Shown piece after piece: positions 1-20,038 of a DNA stretch of 64,000 bases. The DNA comes from Guillardia theta CCMP2712. Its lineage: Eukaryota; Protista; Cryptophyta. The translations under genes were made by a program, and so were the position numbers. Location: contig NW_005434663.1 in NCBI RefSeq assembly GCF_000315625.1, positions 997,055 through 1,061,054 of the forward strand, written 5' to 3'. Under the pieces are notes generated by a model that ran no database searches, was not told the origin of the DNA, and saw nothing but the letters and a program-made list of their open reading frames with translations. Position 1 is the stretch's first letter, and each line of letters starts with the position of its first letter.

Positions 1-2195
<2,195 letters not shown>

Positions 2196-2502
2196 TCCAC
2201 CCCTTTCAGCTGGACGGAAGGAACACCCAATACACGAGTATATCATCTAACAACATCGAGCTACAGAATTGTTCTCGTATTCCCTCCTTTCTCTCCTCTC
2301 CTCTCTCCTCTCCTCCCACAAACTCTCGCCCTGCCCCTGCCCCGTCCCTCCTCCCGCCTCCATTCCTGCTATCGCACGCCATGCGGGACAAAAAGATTAG
2401 TTATATCATGCTACGGCAGGAACCGTGAAACAAAGCTCGCCTCGGAATGACAACAATTGTCCCTCATCCCCGCCATAATCCATCATTCGCGCCACTCCCG
2501 CC

Positions 2503-3933
2503 ATGGCAGGGCTGACGAAGGAGATTCATGAGGCGACTATGCAGACCCTGACGAAGGTACCGAGAGGAGGAGGAGGAGAAAAAGGGAGAGGAGACTCGAG
2601 ATGAGGGGATGATGATTCATGCCGGAGAAAGATATGACCAAGAGTTGTTGCCATCCGCTGTGGTACTACCGATGGGGTACATTGCAGGGTGGCGTGAGGG
2701 CAGGAGAATTACAACCAGGCTAGGGATGATGAGATTTAGTACTTGAGCTTTGTTGGTCAGAGCATTGAAGCCTGTGCTTCAGTGAAGATGGTGGTTGAGG
2801 CATTGATAGCTAGAGCGATCTCCTTGTGGCGAAGCAAACATCGCGTAGGTAGTACGGATTTGATCGGATCAAGCCCGTAAGTCGATTTGATGATACGGAG
2901 AGGCACAAAGGCTTTTGAGAATGATGTTGGGCATAAAAAATCAAAGGGAGAAGCATTAGTCTCCGGCGATGATCCTGTTTCTCCTTCGATCAGCGAGTAC
3001 CTTGTCTGTTCCGAACTCATGTTGCTTTTCAGTTCAACGCCCTGGAGCCGAAGGATGCTCAGGTCTCGCTGGAGCAGCTGAAGGAGCTGAAAGTTTGTGC
3101 AAGTCAGGCGTAAGAATCTCCGCCAGCTGCCCTTGACGTGGTGCTGAAACGCTTTCTCAGCTGCGACCTGCTCGACAACATGATCTTGCACGCGCTGCCG
3201 TCCAGAGAGACGATTCAGAAAGAGCTTGAAAGTCTGAGCGACTTCAAAGATGTCACGGCCTTGTTTGAAACGCATCTGATACCGTAACTTCCAATCGCCT
3301 TGCTGACTTCCTCCTCCCGCTCATCCCCGTTGTCGATACTGCAGGATGCTGTCGGAGAAGGTAGAGAAGGCTCTGGAGGCTGAGGTTCCTTTCCGCGTCC
3401 TCTCCATGTTGGCTCCGATCCTTCAGTTCTTCAACAGTCATCAGAGCAAGATGGAGGGCTCGGAAGAGGTGGCGAGGAAATTCATTCAGCATTGGGCGGT
3501 GAGAGCTGCTGCCTTGCTGTCCTCCTGTCCCTCACTTGCCATGCAGGAGCTGCTAGGCGAGGGTTTGAGCATGATGGGCGTCACCGACGACTTCGAGATC
3601 GATGCGACGGTCTTCCATGAGCTGCTGTCTGCTGTCCAGAACGTCGGGATCTTTGAGGACGACTCTCTCAACGAGGCAGCTGAGCAGCTGGAAGGGTTCC
3701 TCAGGCAGTATGAGGAGGACGGACAAGAGTTTGAGGTGACCCCCAGCTCAGTTTGCTCGCTGCCCCTGATCTTTCGCATGCAGGAGTATGGCGGCGAGAT
3801 CTCGGATGAGGAGGAGGACGGAGGCGTTGTACGTGGGAGCAGCGAGGACGGAGACGCTGAAATCGAGGAGCAGGAGGAACCGAAGGGGAAGAGGGGGAAT
3901 GGCCCAGAGGCCAAGAGGAGAAAGAAGACGTGA
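2503..3933 (+). CDS. Hypothetical protein with acidic C-terminus and basic NLS-like end (KRRKKT), multi-exon
   Basis: ATG at 2503 followed by a GT donor; ORFs 2887-3081 and 3346-3933 can be joined through short GT-AG introns. No recognisable domain. Confidence 0.55.
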
Positions 3934-4057
3934 TGGGACAAGCGTTGTTCTCTAGTTTTCAAAACCTGGCGCATGTTGCTCCCAGCCCGGAGATCTTTGA
4001 AGTTGCCCAGTCGCACTCTTGCACATTAATCGATCAGACAGGAAATGAAATGAAGTT

Positions 4058-10034
<5,977 letters not shown>

Positions 10035-11023
10035 GTCTTGTCATCAGCACATCTCCTGTCTCCTCTTCATTCTTCATCTTCAACCTCTTCTCGGTGTCCT
10101 CCCTCTCCTTCCTCCCCTGCTCGCATTTCTCTTGCAGCCATGGCGCTCCCAGTGGCGCTCCCCGACAAAAGTATCGGGGCGGGTCCAGTGGTCTACCATC
10201 ATTGTGGTTACATACCCTGAGAGACTCCTCAGACGCTTCGGGAAGTAGGCCAGAAGGGGGTAGGGGGTACTCAATTTAGAAAGTCTACTTAACAAGGCAG
10301 GGTACTTTTTGTGATTGACTGGGGGGTGAATCCAAGGGGTGGTGAACCATACCTAGGGTGGGTGGTATCCAGCAATGTAGAAAGAGGTTCTCGCGGCAGA
10401 TCCGCCCCATGACAGCGAAGAGGAGGAGATGCGAGGAGAGGAGCAGAAGCGAGAAAGGTGGAGAAGCAAAAAGAGTGGTCATGGAAGAGGAGATGCGAAG
10501 AAGTAAGGAGGTGGAGGAGCGAGAGCGAGCAGAAGAGCAAGAAGTTGCTAAAGCAGAAGAACGGGTTATGGCAGTTGAGATGGACCAGAAGGAAGAGGAG
10601 AAGGAAATGCGATATTAGGGGGAGGAGAGGAGAGGAGAGGAGAGGAGAGGGTGCAAGGATCCAGAGAATCTGAAGTAGGATATGATGAGCAGATTTTGCC
10701 TGATAAAATACATGATATGCGGAGAGGTAGAGTCCCAGTGGGATACATATGAGATCGCAGAAGATTAGCACAAAGATATGAGCAAGTTCAGAACAAAGTT
10801 CAAAACGCGATATGTTGTGAAAAGATCCCCATGGCAGGGATAAAACGTATCACTCCATCTTCGAAGATTTTCATTTGTGCATGACGGGGAAACGTCTTGT
10901 GCATTGCTGACTTGTTCTTAGTTGAACTCCCAGAAACTTCTAGCAAAGGTCTGCAAGACCGTTACCTTCTATCTCGATCGATCTTTCCCCTTCGAAAGAC
11001 TTTGGATCCTTCCGTTCCTGGAT

Positions 11024-12545
11024 ATGGCAGATAAAAAGAATGTCCCATGTTTTTTCTTTCGTGAGAATTTTGATTTCTTCCAACATTTTGAATAGTGATT
11101 GTTTTCCCCTACACAAACGTGCTTGTAGGAAAGGGAGCTTGCAGAAATGGCGACAATTGCCCCTTCTCCCATGATCCGAACTGTCCGCCTACAGTGCAAG
11201 AGCCACAACCAAGAACCGGTGACACGTCCTTGACGTTTCAAGGATGTGGAGGAGAATTCCAGGTCATTGAGATCTTGCTATGCTGTCAGGCCCCCCTAGT
11301 CGATTCATTTATATCGAACCGAAGCATCCATCAGTGTACTACTCCATCGATGTGAGTTCCAAACTCTTTCAATTCATGAAATTTAAACATATGAACAGGT
11401 GGAATGTGTTGCGACGGACGTGCAGGTGAAAGACAAAATCTTGGAGAGTTTTCTGAATGATTCGCACTTGTGTAGTGCCTCTTGAACGCTTTCTGACCCA
11501 TCCTTAACACAGCACAATGCTCGCGCTACAGCTCAAATTTCTTTGGTCTCATATGACGAACAGTGTATTTTGAATCTATGTGTGACATGCTTTTGCCATC
11601 TAAATCTTGCCTGAACTTGAGTTTAGATGTCAAACCAGAATGCGAGGTTCGGAGCTACCTGTCTCCTTTGACTGGGTTATGATTTTTAAGTAAGTGAGGG
11701 TCAAGACTGATGTTGGAAAAAGGCTGTCCAAGGAGATGCTGGACCAGCATGGCATGAGCTTGGATCAGGTGCATTCTGCATACTCGAGCATAGATACTAA
11801 TGCTTCGCGTCTTGTGATGTCCCCTAAGGCGATGGCAATTCTGAGATCCCATCTTCCAAAACATGCTATTCTGGTCGGTCAAAACATTCGCAAGGATGTT
11901 GAGTGGCTCCAGGTGAAGGCAGGCCTTTCATGAAATATGTCAGCTAAGAAAGTTCAAAGCTTGAAGAAGGCAAGGACTTTGAGAGTGTTGTCGATCTGGC
12001 AGGAATTACAATCTTGGGCTTGTTTTCTGAATCGTACTGAATGCTCTAAGCAGTCATCGGAAGAGTATGGAATGATCAGTTCTCATCGTTCACCTACTTC
12101 GGATTGGATCATACAGCCACATGCTGGTTAGGTCAGGTGAGTCGGTTGAAGTTGCGGGAATGCAAATAATTCTCCACGAAGGCGAACAGCGGGGCACCAC
12201 ACAATGCTGTGACTGATGCCATCAAGTCAATGCAGGTAATTTCCGCTGAATTCCATTTTGCATATGACGAGTCCCTCAAGATTTTCAAGCTGTACCTCAG
12301 CGTTCAGAACGATCAAAAGAGAGTTGAAGAATTGCAAAAACTCCTGCTTGCAACTCCTCTTGCTCCTTCCTTTGCGAAGCAGGTTTTTGGCCAAATGAGT
12401 CCAGATCTGGTCTAACAATCGGACGCAGCATCCAACTTACGAAGGCTGCTGCATGGGAAACAGGAAGACCTGCACGGTAAGGCGTTTGTGGGTGAAATGT
12501 AGAGGTGACTTGCTGATCTAGTGCGGAGCTCCTTTCTTCAGTTAG
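11024..12545 (+). CDS. CCCH zinc finger + DEDDh 3'-5' exonuclease (REX4-like), ~12 introns
   Basis: Spliced product contains CFFFRKGACRNGDNCPFSH (C-x7-C-x5-C-x3-H), ExoI SIDVECV, ExoII LVGQNIRKDVEWL, ExoIII HNAVTDA and a C-terminal EGCCMGNRKTCTCGAPFFS*. Confidence 0.88.
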
Positions 12546-12702
12546 TTCAAGTCAACTTTCAAATCAAATTAATGGGAAGGAATGGATGCTGAATTAGAGA
12601 TTCAAGGAGATCTTGTTTCTACACTGTCTCGAGAGACAGAATATCGCATAACGAATGCAACGACATGGCTGAAATCGCGTTGATGTTTTTATTCTCACAT
12701 TC

Positions 12703-14580
12703 TCACCAGTACGCTCCTCTTGCCTGCGATATCAACAATTTGGTCAGTGTATCTTCACAATCAGTGACATCAGTTGAGCACAGTCAGTCAAACAACCATA
12801 CCTTGAGCTTATCTGTGAGAGTGTTGATGGCAGCCTCCTCTGATTCCCACAACATCTGAAGAGAAGGATCAGCTCCTGCTTGCGGTGGTGAACTTACTCG
12901 CCGTGATGATATCCGCAACTTCCTTCCTGACAAGGCTCTCTTGCCCAGCCATATAGGCCTCCTTCAATCTCGCTCGAGCGTCGTCGATGAAATCCTTTCT
13001 GTCCTGGATAATTCGGCGCATGAAGATTTTGGCTCTTGCCTCGTTCCCCTCCGAGAGCATCTCACCATAGTTTGTCTGCACCTTCGTCAAATCTGCTTCA
13101 TTCGAAATTTCTCTGATGCGAAAGTAGTTAATCAAAGGGCCCATCGGATCTGTGTCATGTCTGATGTCGAACAGCTGCTCGACGGCTACCATGCCACGGG
13201 CTTTCAGGATTTCTTCCTTCTGTGCGAAGTACGGGTCTTTCTCATCAATACTGACGGATAGAGTTGTTTCTTGGCACTTAGGATTGGGCGAAACAAAGCC
13301 GTAAGTAGTCAACATGTTCCAGCTGTCGTGGAAACTGTCAAGAGCCATTTCAGTTTTGCATCAACAAACTTACTTGGGCTTGTCGCCATAGAAGCCGAAG
13401 AGCTCTTCACCTTCCTCGATGCTCTTGCCCTTGTCTGCGACACGGACAGGAAAGCCCTTCTCGTTATCTCTCTCGAGGGCCGTGTCGAAGGTGATCGAGG
13501 GCCCGTAGCTCCCATGGTTGAAGATGTCCAGCAATGGAATCACCACTCTCTCTTCCAGCCCCTTGTCGCCCCTTCCTATCTTAGAGTCGAAAGCTCTGGA
13601 CAGGACGGAAGCAAAGGCTCCTCTCATCATGAAGCCGAACTCCTCCGGTGTCATCTTTTCCGTCTCGATGGTCTGGAAGAACTGCTTCCAACCTTTGGGG
13701 TTGAGGACAGGCTCGAACAGCTCTGTGGCTACCTCCACCTGTTCTCGGAAGGCGAGGATCTCTCTGTGAGCATAGGTCCCTTCCAAGAGATCGACCTCTT
13801 CGTCTGTCCACAGAAGAGGATGAAGAGAATCCCAAGGCAGAACATCGATGAAAGGCTTGTAGCTCGACTCTGATCCCTTCATCTTCTCCCGCGCAAGGAA
13901 AGTTGCTAGTGCGACGACTTCGATTCCTTCCCCTGCAGCGCTTGCAAGCTTCTGCATCGACTTACCGAGCTGACGATCCTCAAAGACGAGCTCTGGATAG
14001 ATACAGCATGACTTGGGGATCATGAAGAGCGTTTCTCCGGGCTCCAGCCTTCTGTTCGCGAACACGCCCTGGTACCTTCAATCAGAAGACACAGAGCACG
14101 TGGGAAGGCCAGACCAATCCTTCCAACGGACTCCTCTGGAGGTCAACCTTGCTCATATCTACACCATGCTCCTCCTACAAGCTAGTCAGTGGCAATCATA
14201 ATTACAGCATGGCCGACCTCCAACCAGATCCGCAGGGCGTTCCCTCTCAACCCCCCATCAACTTCCACGACCCTCTTCGGTGCATACCACAAGGATTGGT
14301 CACTGGTTGAGACTTGCATCCTGCTAACAGACAACTCGCATCGCCCGCTGCAGCGTCTCAGTCTCAAGCTCTGCATTCCTTGTCCCCGGACATCCAATCG
14401 AGACAGGGAGAAAGCAAACGACTGAGAAACCATGCTCATCATCATGGCGGCTAGGATGATCGAGGTAGATCCTCCTGCTCCTCCTCCTCGCTTGCTCCTT
14501 TGTGCATCACTGTGTCTCCCCCCTCCTGCTCCTGACTTCTGTCGTCTCAGTGTCTCGCTGCCGGTACCATAAGCGGCCAT
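12703..14580 (-). CDS. SET-domain lysine methyltransferase (Rubisco LSMT-like), predicted plastid-targeted
   Basis: GVFANRRLEPGETLFMIP, YKPFIDVLP, VLSRAF, IPLLDIFNH, GEELFGFYG, MLTTYGFV. Hydrophobic leader ends in SFA|F followed by an Arg/Ser-rich transit-like peptide. The 3' end is approximate. Confidence 0.88.
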
Positions 14581-14888
14581 GTTTTATAAGACGGTAGGTT
14601 CCCCGCTTCCCCGCTCAGACCGTCTGGCACAGCGGCACCCAGAGCAGCACCCAGAGCGGCACCAGCCAGGGCGGGGCCCGGGCCCCGCAGACACCGGACA
14701 GTGCAGCAGTGACTGGCGGAACAGCTGGCCGGGCGGAACTGAGGGCTCTCAGGGCCCTGAGCTGCTTCCGGGTCCTTCTAAGGGCCTCAGTGCAGGCCTA
14801 CTAGCCTGAGGGCCTGCCCTCAGCCCTCAGGCCCTCAGCAGGATCGGATCCTCGTACTGATCTCAGTTTACTTGTCTTTGAGTAAACA

Positions 14889-14938
14889 GTGTCAGGGTCA
14901 AGCCTCCTTGACTCTCCTGATTGTCCTCGTACTGATCT
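14889..14938 (+). repeat. Dispersed hairpin-forming element, copy 1 (inverted relative to 18499-18548)
   Basis: 49/50 nt identical to the reverse complement of 18499-18548. Confidence 0.9.
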
Positions 14939-15035
14939 ATCACTACTTACTGACTTCCGACCGTCTCAGCAAGTTCGAGTGAACGAGCCGCCTTCCGCTT
15001 GTCAAGAATGACTTTTTCTTTGTCGCCGAGCAGCG

Positions 15036-16147
15036 ATGGTCGGGGAGGTAAGAGGAAGAGGAAGATGAAGGAACGGGGAGCGGAGGAGAAGGAGAAAGAC
15101 GGGAGATGATGAGGCTGGCAGGATTCGGAGCTGAGGTCTCTCAAAGAGGAGCTGGAGAGAACGCGGGAGCAGCTCGTTGTGGAGAGGCAGAGGGTAGAGA
15201 AGTATGAGAGGAGGGAGCTGGACGTGCTCCAAGGCCACAGGAGGGAAGTGGAGACGTTGCATCGGCGAATCAAGGATCTAGAAGAAGACAAGAGGGAGCT
15301 GAAGAACCAGGTGCAGACTGAGCTGCGAGCTTGTTGCACAGTCACTCGCCTTTCTCCTGATGTGCTTCTTCCCTCATCGGGAACAGATCCTCCAGGACGC
15401 CAACCGTATCCATGATCTCAGCTCGGCTCTAGAGCGGACCAAGGAAACACTGTCGGGACGCGAGATGCTGCTGTCAGATTTGCAAGGCAAGAGCGAGCAG
15501 AAGAGGCAAGGGCATGACGTGCGATGGAGTCTGGGTTGCTGACTGCGTTCATGTGCACAGGATACTCCAAGAGGGCGAGATTCATCGTCTCAAGTTGTCG
15601 TTTGAAGGTTGATGACTCCTCGTGCTTCAGTGCGCTCATTTCGGTTTCGTTCTCTGCAGAAACTGCCGCCAAGAGGGATGCTGATCAAAGTGAAATCACG
15701 TGAGCAATCGTCGCATGCTGCCCTGAATTCTGAATCTTCTCCTTCTACACCAGTCGTCTCCGAGAAGAAATCGCCAGGCTGCACGAGCGAGAGAACGAGG
15801 GTCTGAAAAAAAGGTCGATGCAGATGGATTATGTCAGGACGTACATGTATGCTCAGTTCCTGCTCTTGAGCTTGTCTCACTCTCCTGTACGCACAGCATG
15901 GAGATTTCAGAGCAGTTAAGGTCCGCAAGTCACAAGGAGAACCAGTTCTATTCGACAGCACCGGGAGTAGCCGAAGATCTACAGAAGTGGCAGGTGAAGG
16001 GTCGAACATCTCGTCTCTCAAACCCTCAATTGGCTGCAGGACGAATATTTCTCTATCATGACAAACCCGAAGCCGCTCAAGGAGTTGGCAGACGTCGTCG
16101 GTGTTGATACAGGCGTCGGAGAATACAGCAGTAAGGATGAAGATTGA
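15036..16147 (+). CDS. Coiled-coil hypothetical protein, multi-exon
   Basis: MVGE|DSELRSLKEELERTREQL...RRIKDLEEDKRELKNQ|ILQDANRIHDLSSALE; E/K/R-rich heptads with short introns. Confidence 0.6.
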
Positions 16148-16400
16148 GACGAAGTGTCCTTAAACTGACCTTCTGAACCCATCAGCTTTCTTGAGCAAAA
16201 GTTTGGGATCAAATACGACAGATCGGAGTTTCTAACCCGCTACATTCCATCGTTTCCTCATCCCTCCTCCATGGTGTTGCAATTGAATCTTTGAAATCAG
16301 ACAGACTCTTGTGCAATAAAAGATCCACAAGCGGCAGCGAGTTTGAAGATGAAACTGGCATTTAAGAACATATGTACAGTCAGTTGTGCGATATAGATTC

Positions 16401-17824
16401 CTACAGCAGGTTTCTCGCGTAAACCTCGTCCCGAATACTCTGTGCCTGGCTGAACTGTCACCCTTGGGATCAAGGCTCAATGATTTAGTCACCTGAGTTA
16501 TGATTTGATCCATGTCCATGACGGGGAGATGGTGGAGCAGCGACAACATTTCAGAACGTTCGCTAAGCTCAATGATTGTCCCCTGAGATACATGTAAACA
16601 AGACTTGATTTGACTTGTAGAACATGAACCTGCAAGTTGTCCAGTATTGCTAGACAGATGTATGTATGGAGTAAGATTCCATCATCTGGCGACTCGGCGG
16701 CGAAGTAAGTGTCCCATAACCGCAGCAAACAATCCGGCTGCAGACAAACAGAAAAGTCATGAATCTGATAGTTAATTTTTTCACCCAAGTCGAATCACAA
16801 ACCGCTAATTCTCGACAGAGAAGGTATCTCAACCATGAAACAGCCCACTCATTCACTTCCACTTCTTCCTGCAGGAAGTCTTACCCATCGAGGATCGGTC
16901 CTCGCCTCTCGCCTCACCTCCTCTAGCGCGACGTTGATCTCTGGGTATATCGTCTTGAAGAGCATGACGAATTGAGCGACGCGCAGGTTGAGTTTGTCTT
17001 CGGGCATGTGGAGGAGCATTCGAACCATGAGCCCTTGGAAACAATAGAAGGCGTCTGATTCCTCCTGTTTCATTATGAGCCTGTCAATAGCAGCGGGTGT
17101 ATGCTGTGAAAGAGAGCTTCCACCTGAGTGCAGATGATGAACGGAGGTAGGAGATGAGCGATGCTCGGTGGGAATCTGACACGAGTGTCAGCATCCTTGC
17201 ACGGAGAGATCAGCATCCCATACTGTGCAAATGTCGTGTGTGATAAGAAACAAACCGAAATCCTCTCAATCATCTGTCTCCGCTTTGCATCTAGTTCGCC
17301 TTCCCACTGTCATGTGCTGAGAGAAATTACAAATGCACGTGGGTATGAAAAAACCTGAGCAGAGTAATTTCTGAGTTCAACCTTCACTCGTCTCAGGACT
17401 TCCATATCATTCTACAACGTCAGAGTATCAGCGAAATCAGAAGCAAGTGCTAGGACAAGACTTAAACCTGACTTGCTTCAACCATATCACGGTAGTTATC
17501 AGAAAGCTTCTTCGTGATTGACACCTAGCCTTGCATTCAGCTCGCTCCAAACATGACATCTGGATCCGCCCCACCTCTTCAGACTTATCTGGTTTCGATA
17601 CATCTAGCAGATATTTCCAAACTTCTCCTCTTTGGCACTTTCAGTACAGAAACACAAACATTTCCAGACCTTATCTCCGCAGGAACACCATGTTGTGCCC
17701 TTAGTTTCAGCCTCGTCAGGTCGACAAAGGTATCTGCTATCAGAATATCTCGATACTCATCGAGAGTGGCAGCCCTGCCGTCCAGTCGCAGTCAAAGGAG
17801 GAGATTGAAAGATTGCCGCAGCAT
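16401..17824 (-). CDS. TBC-domain (Rab-GAP) protein, multi-exon
   Basis: VDLTRLKLRAQHGVPAEIR, ESDAFYCFQGLM, WLRYLLCREL, LLRLWDTYF, HTYICLAIL, LPVMDMDQII. Confidence 0.85.
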
Positions 17825-17934
17825 TGAAAGGTAGAATCATGATTGACAGGGGAAATAGCAAACCACAATCACAATGGCAAATGCGAGGAAAGAGGAGTTG
17901 GTGGTGAGAGTGGTTGTAGTGGCGTTGATGGAGG

Positions 17935-18065
17935 AGGGAGGGAGGCAGGCAGGCAGGGGAGAGGAAGGGAGGGAGGGAGGCAGGCAGGGAGGGAGGCAGG
18001 CAGGGAGGGAGGCAGGCAGGGAGGGAGGCAGGCAGGGAGGCAGGCAGGGAGGCAGGCAGGGGCGG

Positions 18066-18098
<33 letters not shown>

Positions 18099-18322
18099 AG
18101 GCAGGCAGGCAGGCANNNNNNNNNNNNNNNNNNNNNNNNNNNNNNNNNNNNNNNNNNNNNNNNNNNNNNNNNNNNNNNNNNNNNNNNNNNNNNNNNNNNN
18201 NNNNNNNNNNNNNNNAGAGGGAGGCCGGGGAGAGGGAGGCAGGGCAGAGAGGGAGGGAGGGAGGGCAGAGAGGGAGGGGAGAGGGAGGGCAGAGAGGGAG
18301 GGGAGAGGGAGGGAGGGAGGGA
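17935..18322. repeat. (GGCA/GGGA)n microsatellite spanning an assembly gap (N ~18115-18214)
   Basis: Seen directly. Confidence 0.95.
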
Positions 18323-18498
18323 GGAGTCGGTTCTTCTCACATTGTGCATGGGTGTCGCTAGTATTGTTTGTCTTTACTCAAAGTTTGTCTCTGTCCTGAT
18401 GTGGCCGGGCCGCGGCCGGTCACTTTAGTACTGAGAACAAAGACACTGAGAATTTATACTTCGGCCTACTTTAGTTACTCAGAGTTACTGAGTTTTAA

Positions 18499-18588
18499 AG
18501 ATCAGTACGAGGACAATCAGGAGAGTCGAGGAGGCTTGACCCTGACACAGTCACTCTGTCGCACAGGCCACTGAAACGGCGAGAAGAG
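18499..18588 (-). repeat. Dispersed hairpin-forming element, copy 2 (longest)
   Basis: 18499-18548 is the inverted match of 14889-14938; 18525-18588 is a diverged direct match of 19912-19971. Confidence 0.88.
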
Positions 18589-19128
18589 AAAAGACAGCGA
18601 GAACCAATCCCAATCCTGCCAACTGCTGTCCCCCAAACTTAAAACTGATACGGAAATATCGGCCGCCAAGTTATTACGTGAAAGATCGATCACAACTCTC
18701 ATGAAGTGTAGGATCAAGGTTGAATCTCTCAGGCACATCATCGGCTGTCAGGTTGGCATAATCAACCGCCTGATCAGACACTTGCATAACTGATTCTGCT
18801 GACACCGTCAATGGAATCACAGTCGGATCATCATCACAGGCTCCATTTCATGGACACGCTCAGCTTTGATTAGAAACCTGTAAGAGCCTCAATCTTGCCC
18901 GGCCTCAGGCTCCACACGTGACCAAATAGAGAGCGGTAGCCGTCACAGGCATCATGTTGCCAAGTCCCTATATTGATCTTATCAGGCCATCGCGGCATGA
19001 CAGTGCTCTCCAACAGTGCCATATTCTCCCCGGCCCTCCATTACGCGGCGAGATCGGATGATCGATACTATGATACGATATTCTTTACTGAGATACTCTT
19101 TTACCAAGTGACCGTGGCATGACAACAA

Positions 19129-19876
19129 TCAGGCACCACTAGTAAGACGCTGTAAGAGGACCTTGATTTCTGATACATCGCCCTTTATTGCCTTGATTTC
19201 TGTTTTCATTTCCTTGATTTCTGTTTTCATTTCCTTGATTTCTGTTTTCATTTCCTTGATTTTTGTTCCAAGCCTAGAAATATCGGCCCGCACTTCGTCT
19301 CTCAAGTCCTCTATTGTGCTAAACACGGTTCTCTGTGGAGTATAACCCAGGAAAAAGGGAACCTCTCTCAACCCCACTTCCACCATCGGATCAGCGTCAA
19401 CAAGAAAGGATTCCAAGAACTCCTCGGATAGCTCGCAGAGACCGTCTGATTTCATGGTCCCACTCGCGATCGGCGACGGGTAATCGAACTTGAACTTCAA
19501 AGTATGCTTAAGATGTGGAAATTCCCAGGTATGATTGTTGATAACTTCTTGCATACGTGACTGAAAAGTCCGAGCCCTGGAGCTGCATGTAATCCCGTCT
19601 TTATACTTGTTTGCCAGCTGTGGATCTGCCTGGATATACACCATCCGATCCACGTCTATTGTTGGAAGCATCCTACTTGTTACCATCGCTTCGAAATCAT
19701 TCTTTGGACAAAGGTGACGCAAGGATTCCAGGTGAAACACGCGATATTAAATTTGTACAAGAAACAAAAGATAACAAAAGCTCCCAGCCTCCAGACGTCA
19801 ACATGGCAGACGGGAGGAGGAGGAGGAGGAGGAGGAGGAGGAGGAGGAGGAGGAGGAGGAGGCTCTGGGACCGCAT
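19129..19876 (-). CDS. Orphan protein with C-terminal heptad repeats (KEMKTEI)x3; possibly begins with a poly-Leu signal-like exon at 19876
   Basis: 203-aa ORF 19129-19740 with a 21-bp tandem repeat at 19191-19262. The upstream MRSQSLLLL... is in another frame and would need an intron. Confidence 0.5.
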
Positions 19877-19911
19877 GGCAAGAGTCGGCAGTAGTGCCAG
19901 CCGGCTGGGAG

Positions 19912-19971
19912 GTCGAGGAGGCTTTACCCCAGACACACTCTACTGTCGCACAGGCCAAACGGCGAGAAGAG
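19912..19971 (-). repeat. Dispersed element, copy 3 (diverged)
   Basis: GTCGAGGAGGCTT-ACCC-GACAC...CTGTCGCACAGGCCA...AACGGCGAGAAGAG is shared with 18525-18588. Confidence 0.8.
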
Positions 19972-20038
19972 GAGTACCACTGTGTTTTATAGTTTGAAGA
20001 AAATTCTTGGCAAAGATTTCCTCACACTGTTTGGAACT

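Noticed and set aside
2757-4016. Minus-strand ORFs of 172 and 176 aa
   Set aside because: Antisense shadows of the + strand gene; splice signals support the + strand
10358-10618. Small Glu/Arg-rich ORF
   Set aside because: GA-rich low-complexity intergenic tract with no domain or splice support
17837-18428. ORFs of 170-184 aa across the N gap
   Set aside because: GGCA/GGGA microsatellite plus assembly gap
18560-18590. Resemblance of CTTCTCGCCGTTT..GGCC (minus strand) to the U2 snRNA 5' end, or of the repeat to a hammerhead ribozyme
   Set aside because: No GTGTAGTA branch-recognition sequence or Sm site, and no CUGANGA/GAAA core in the proper arrangement
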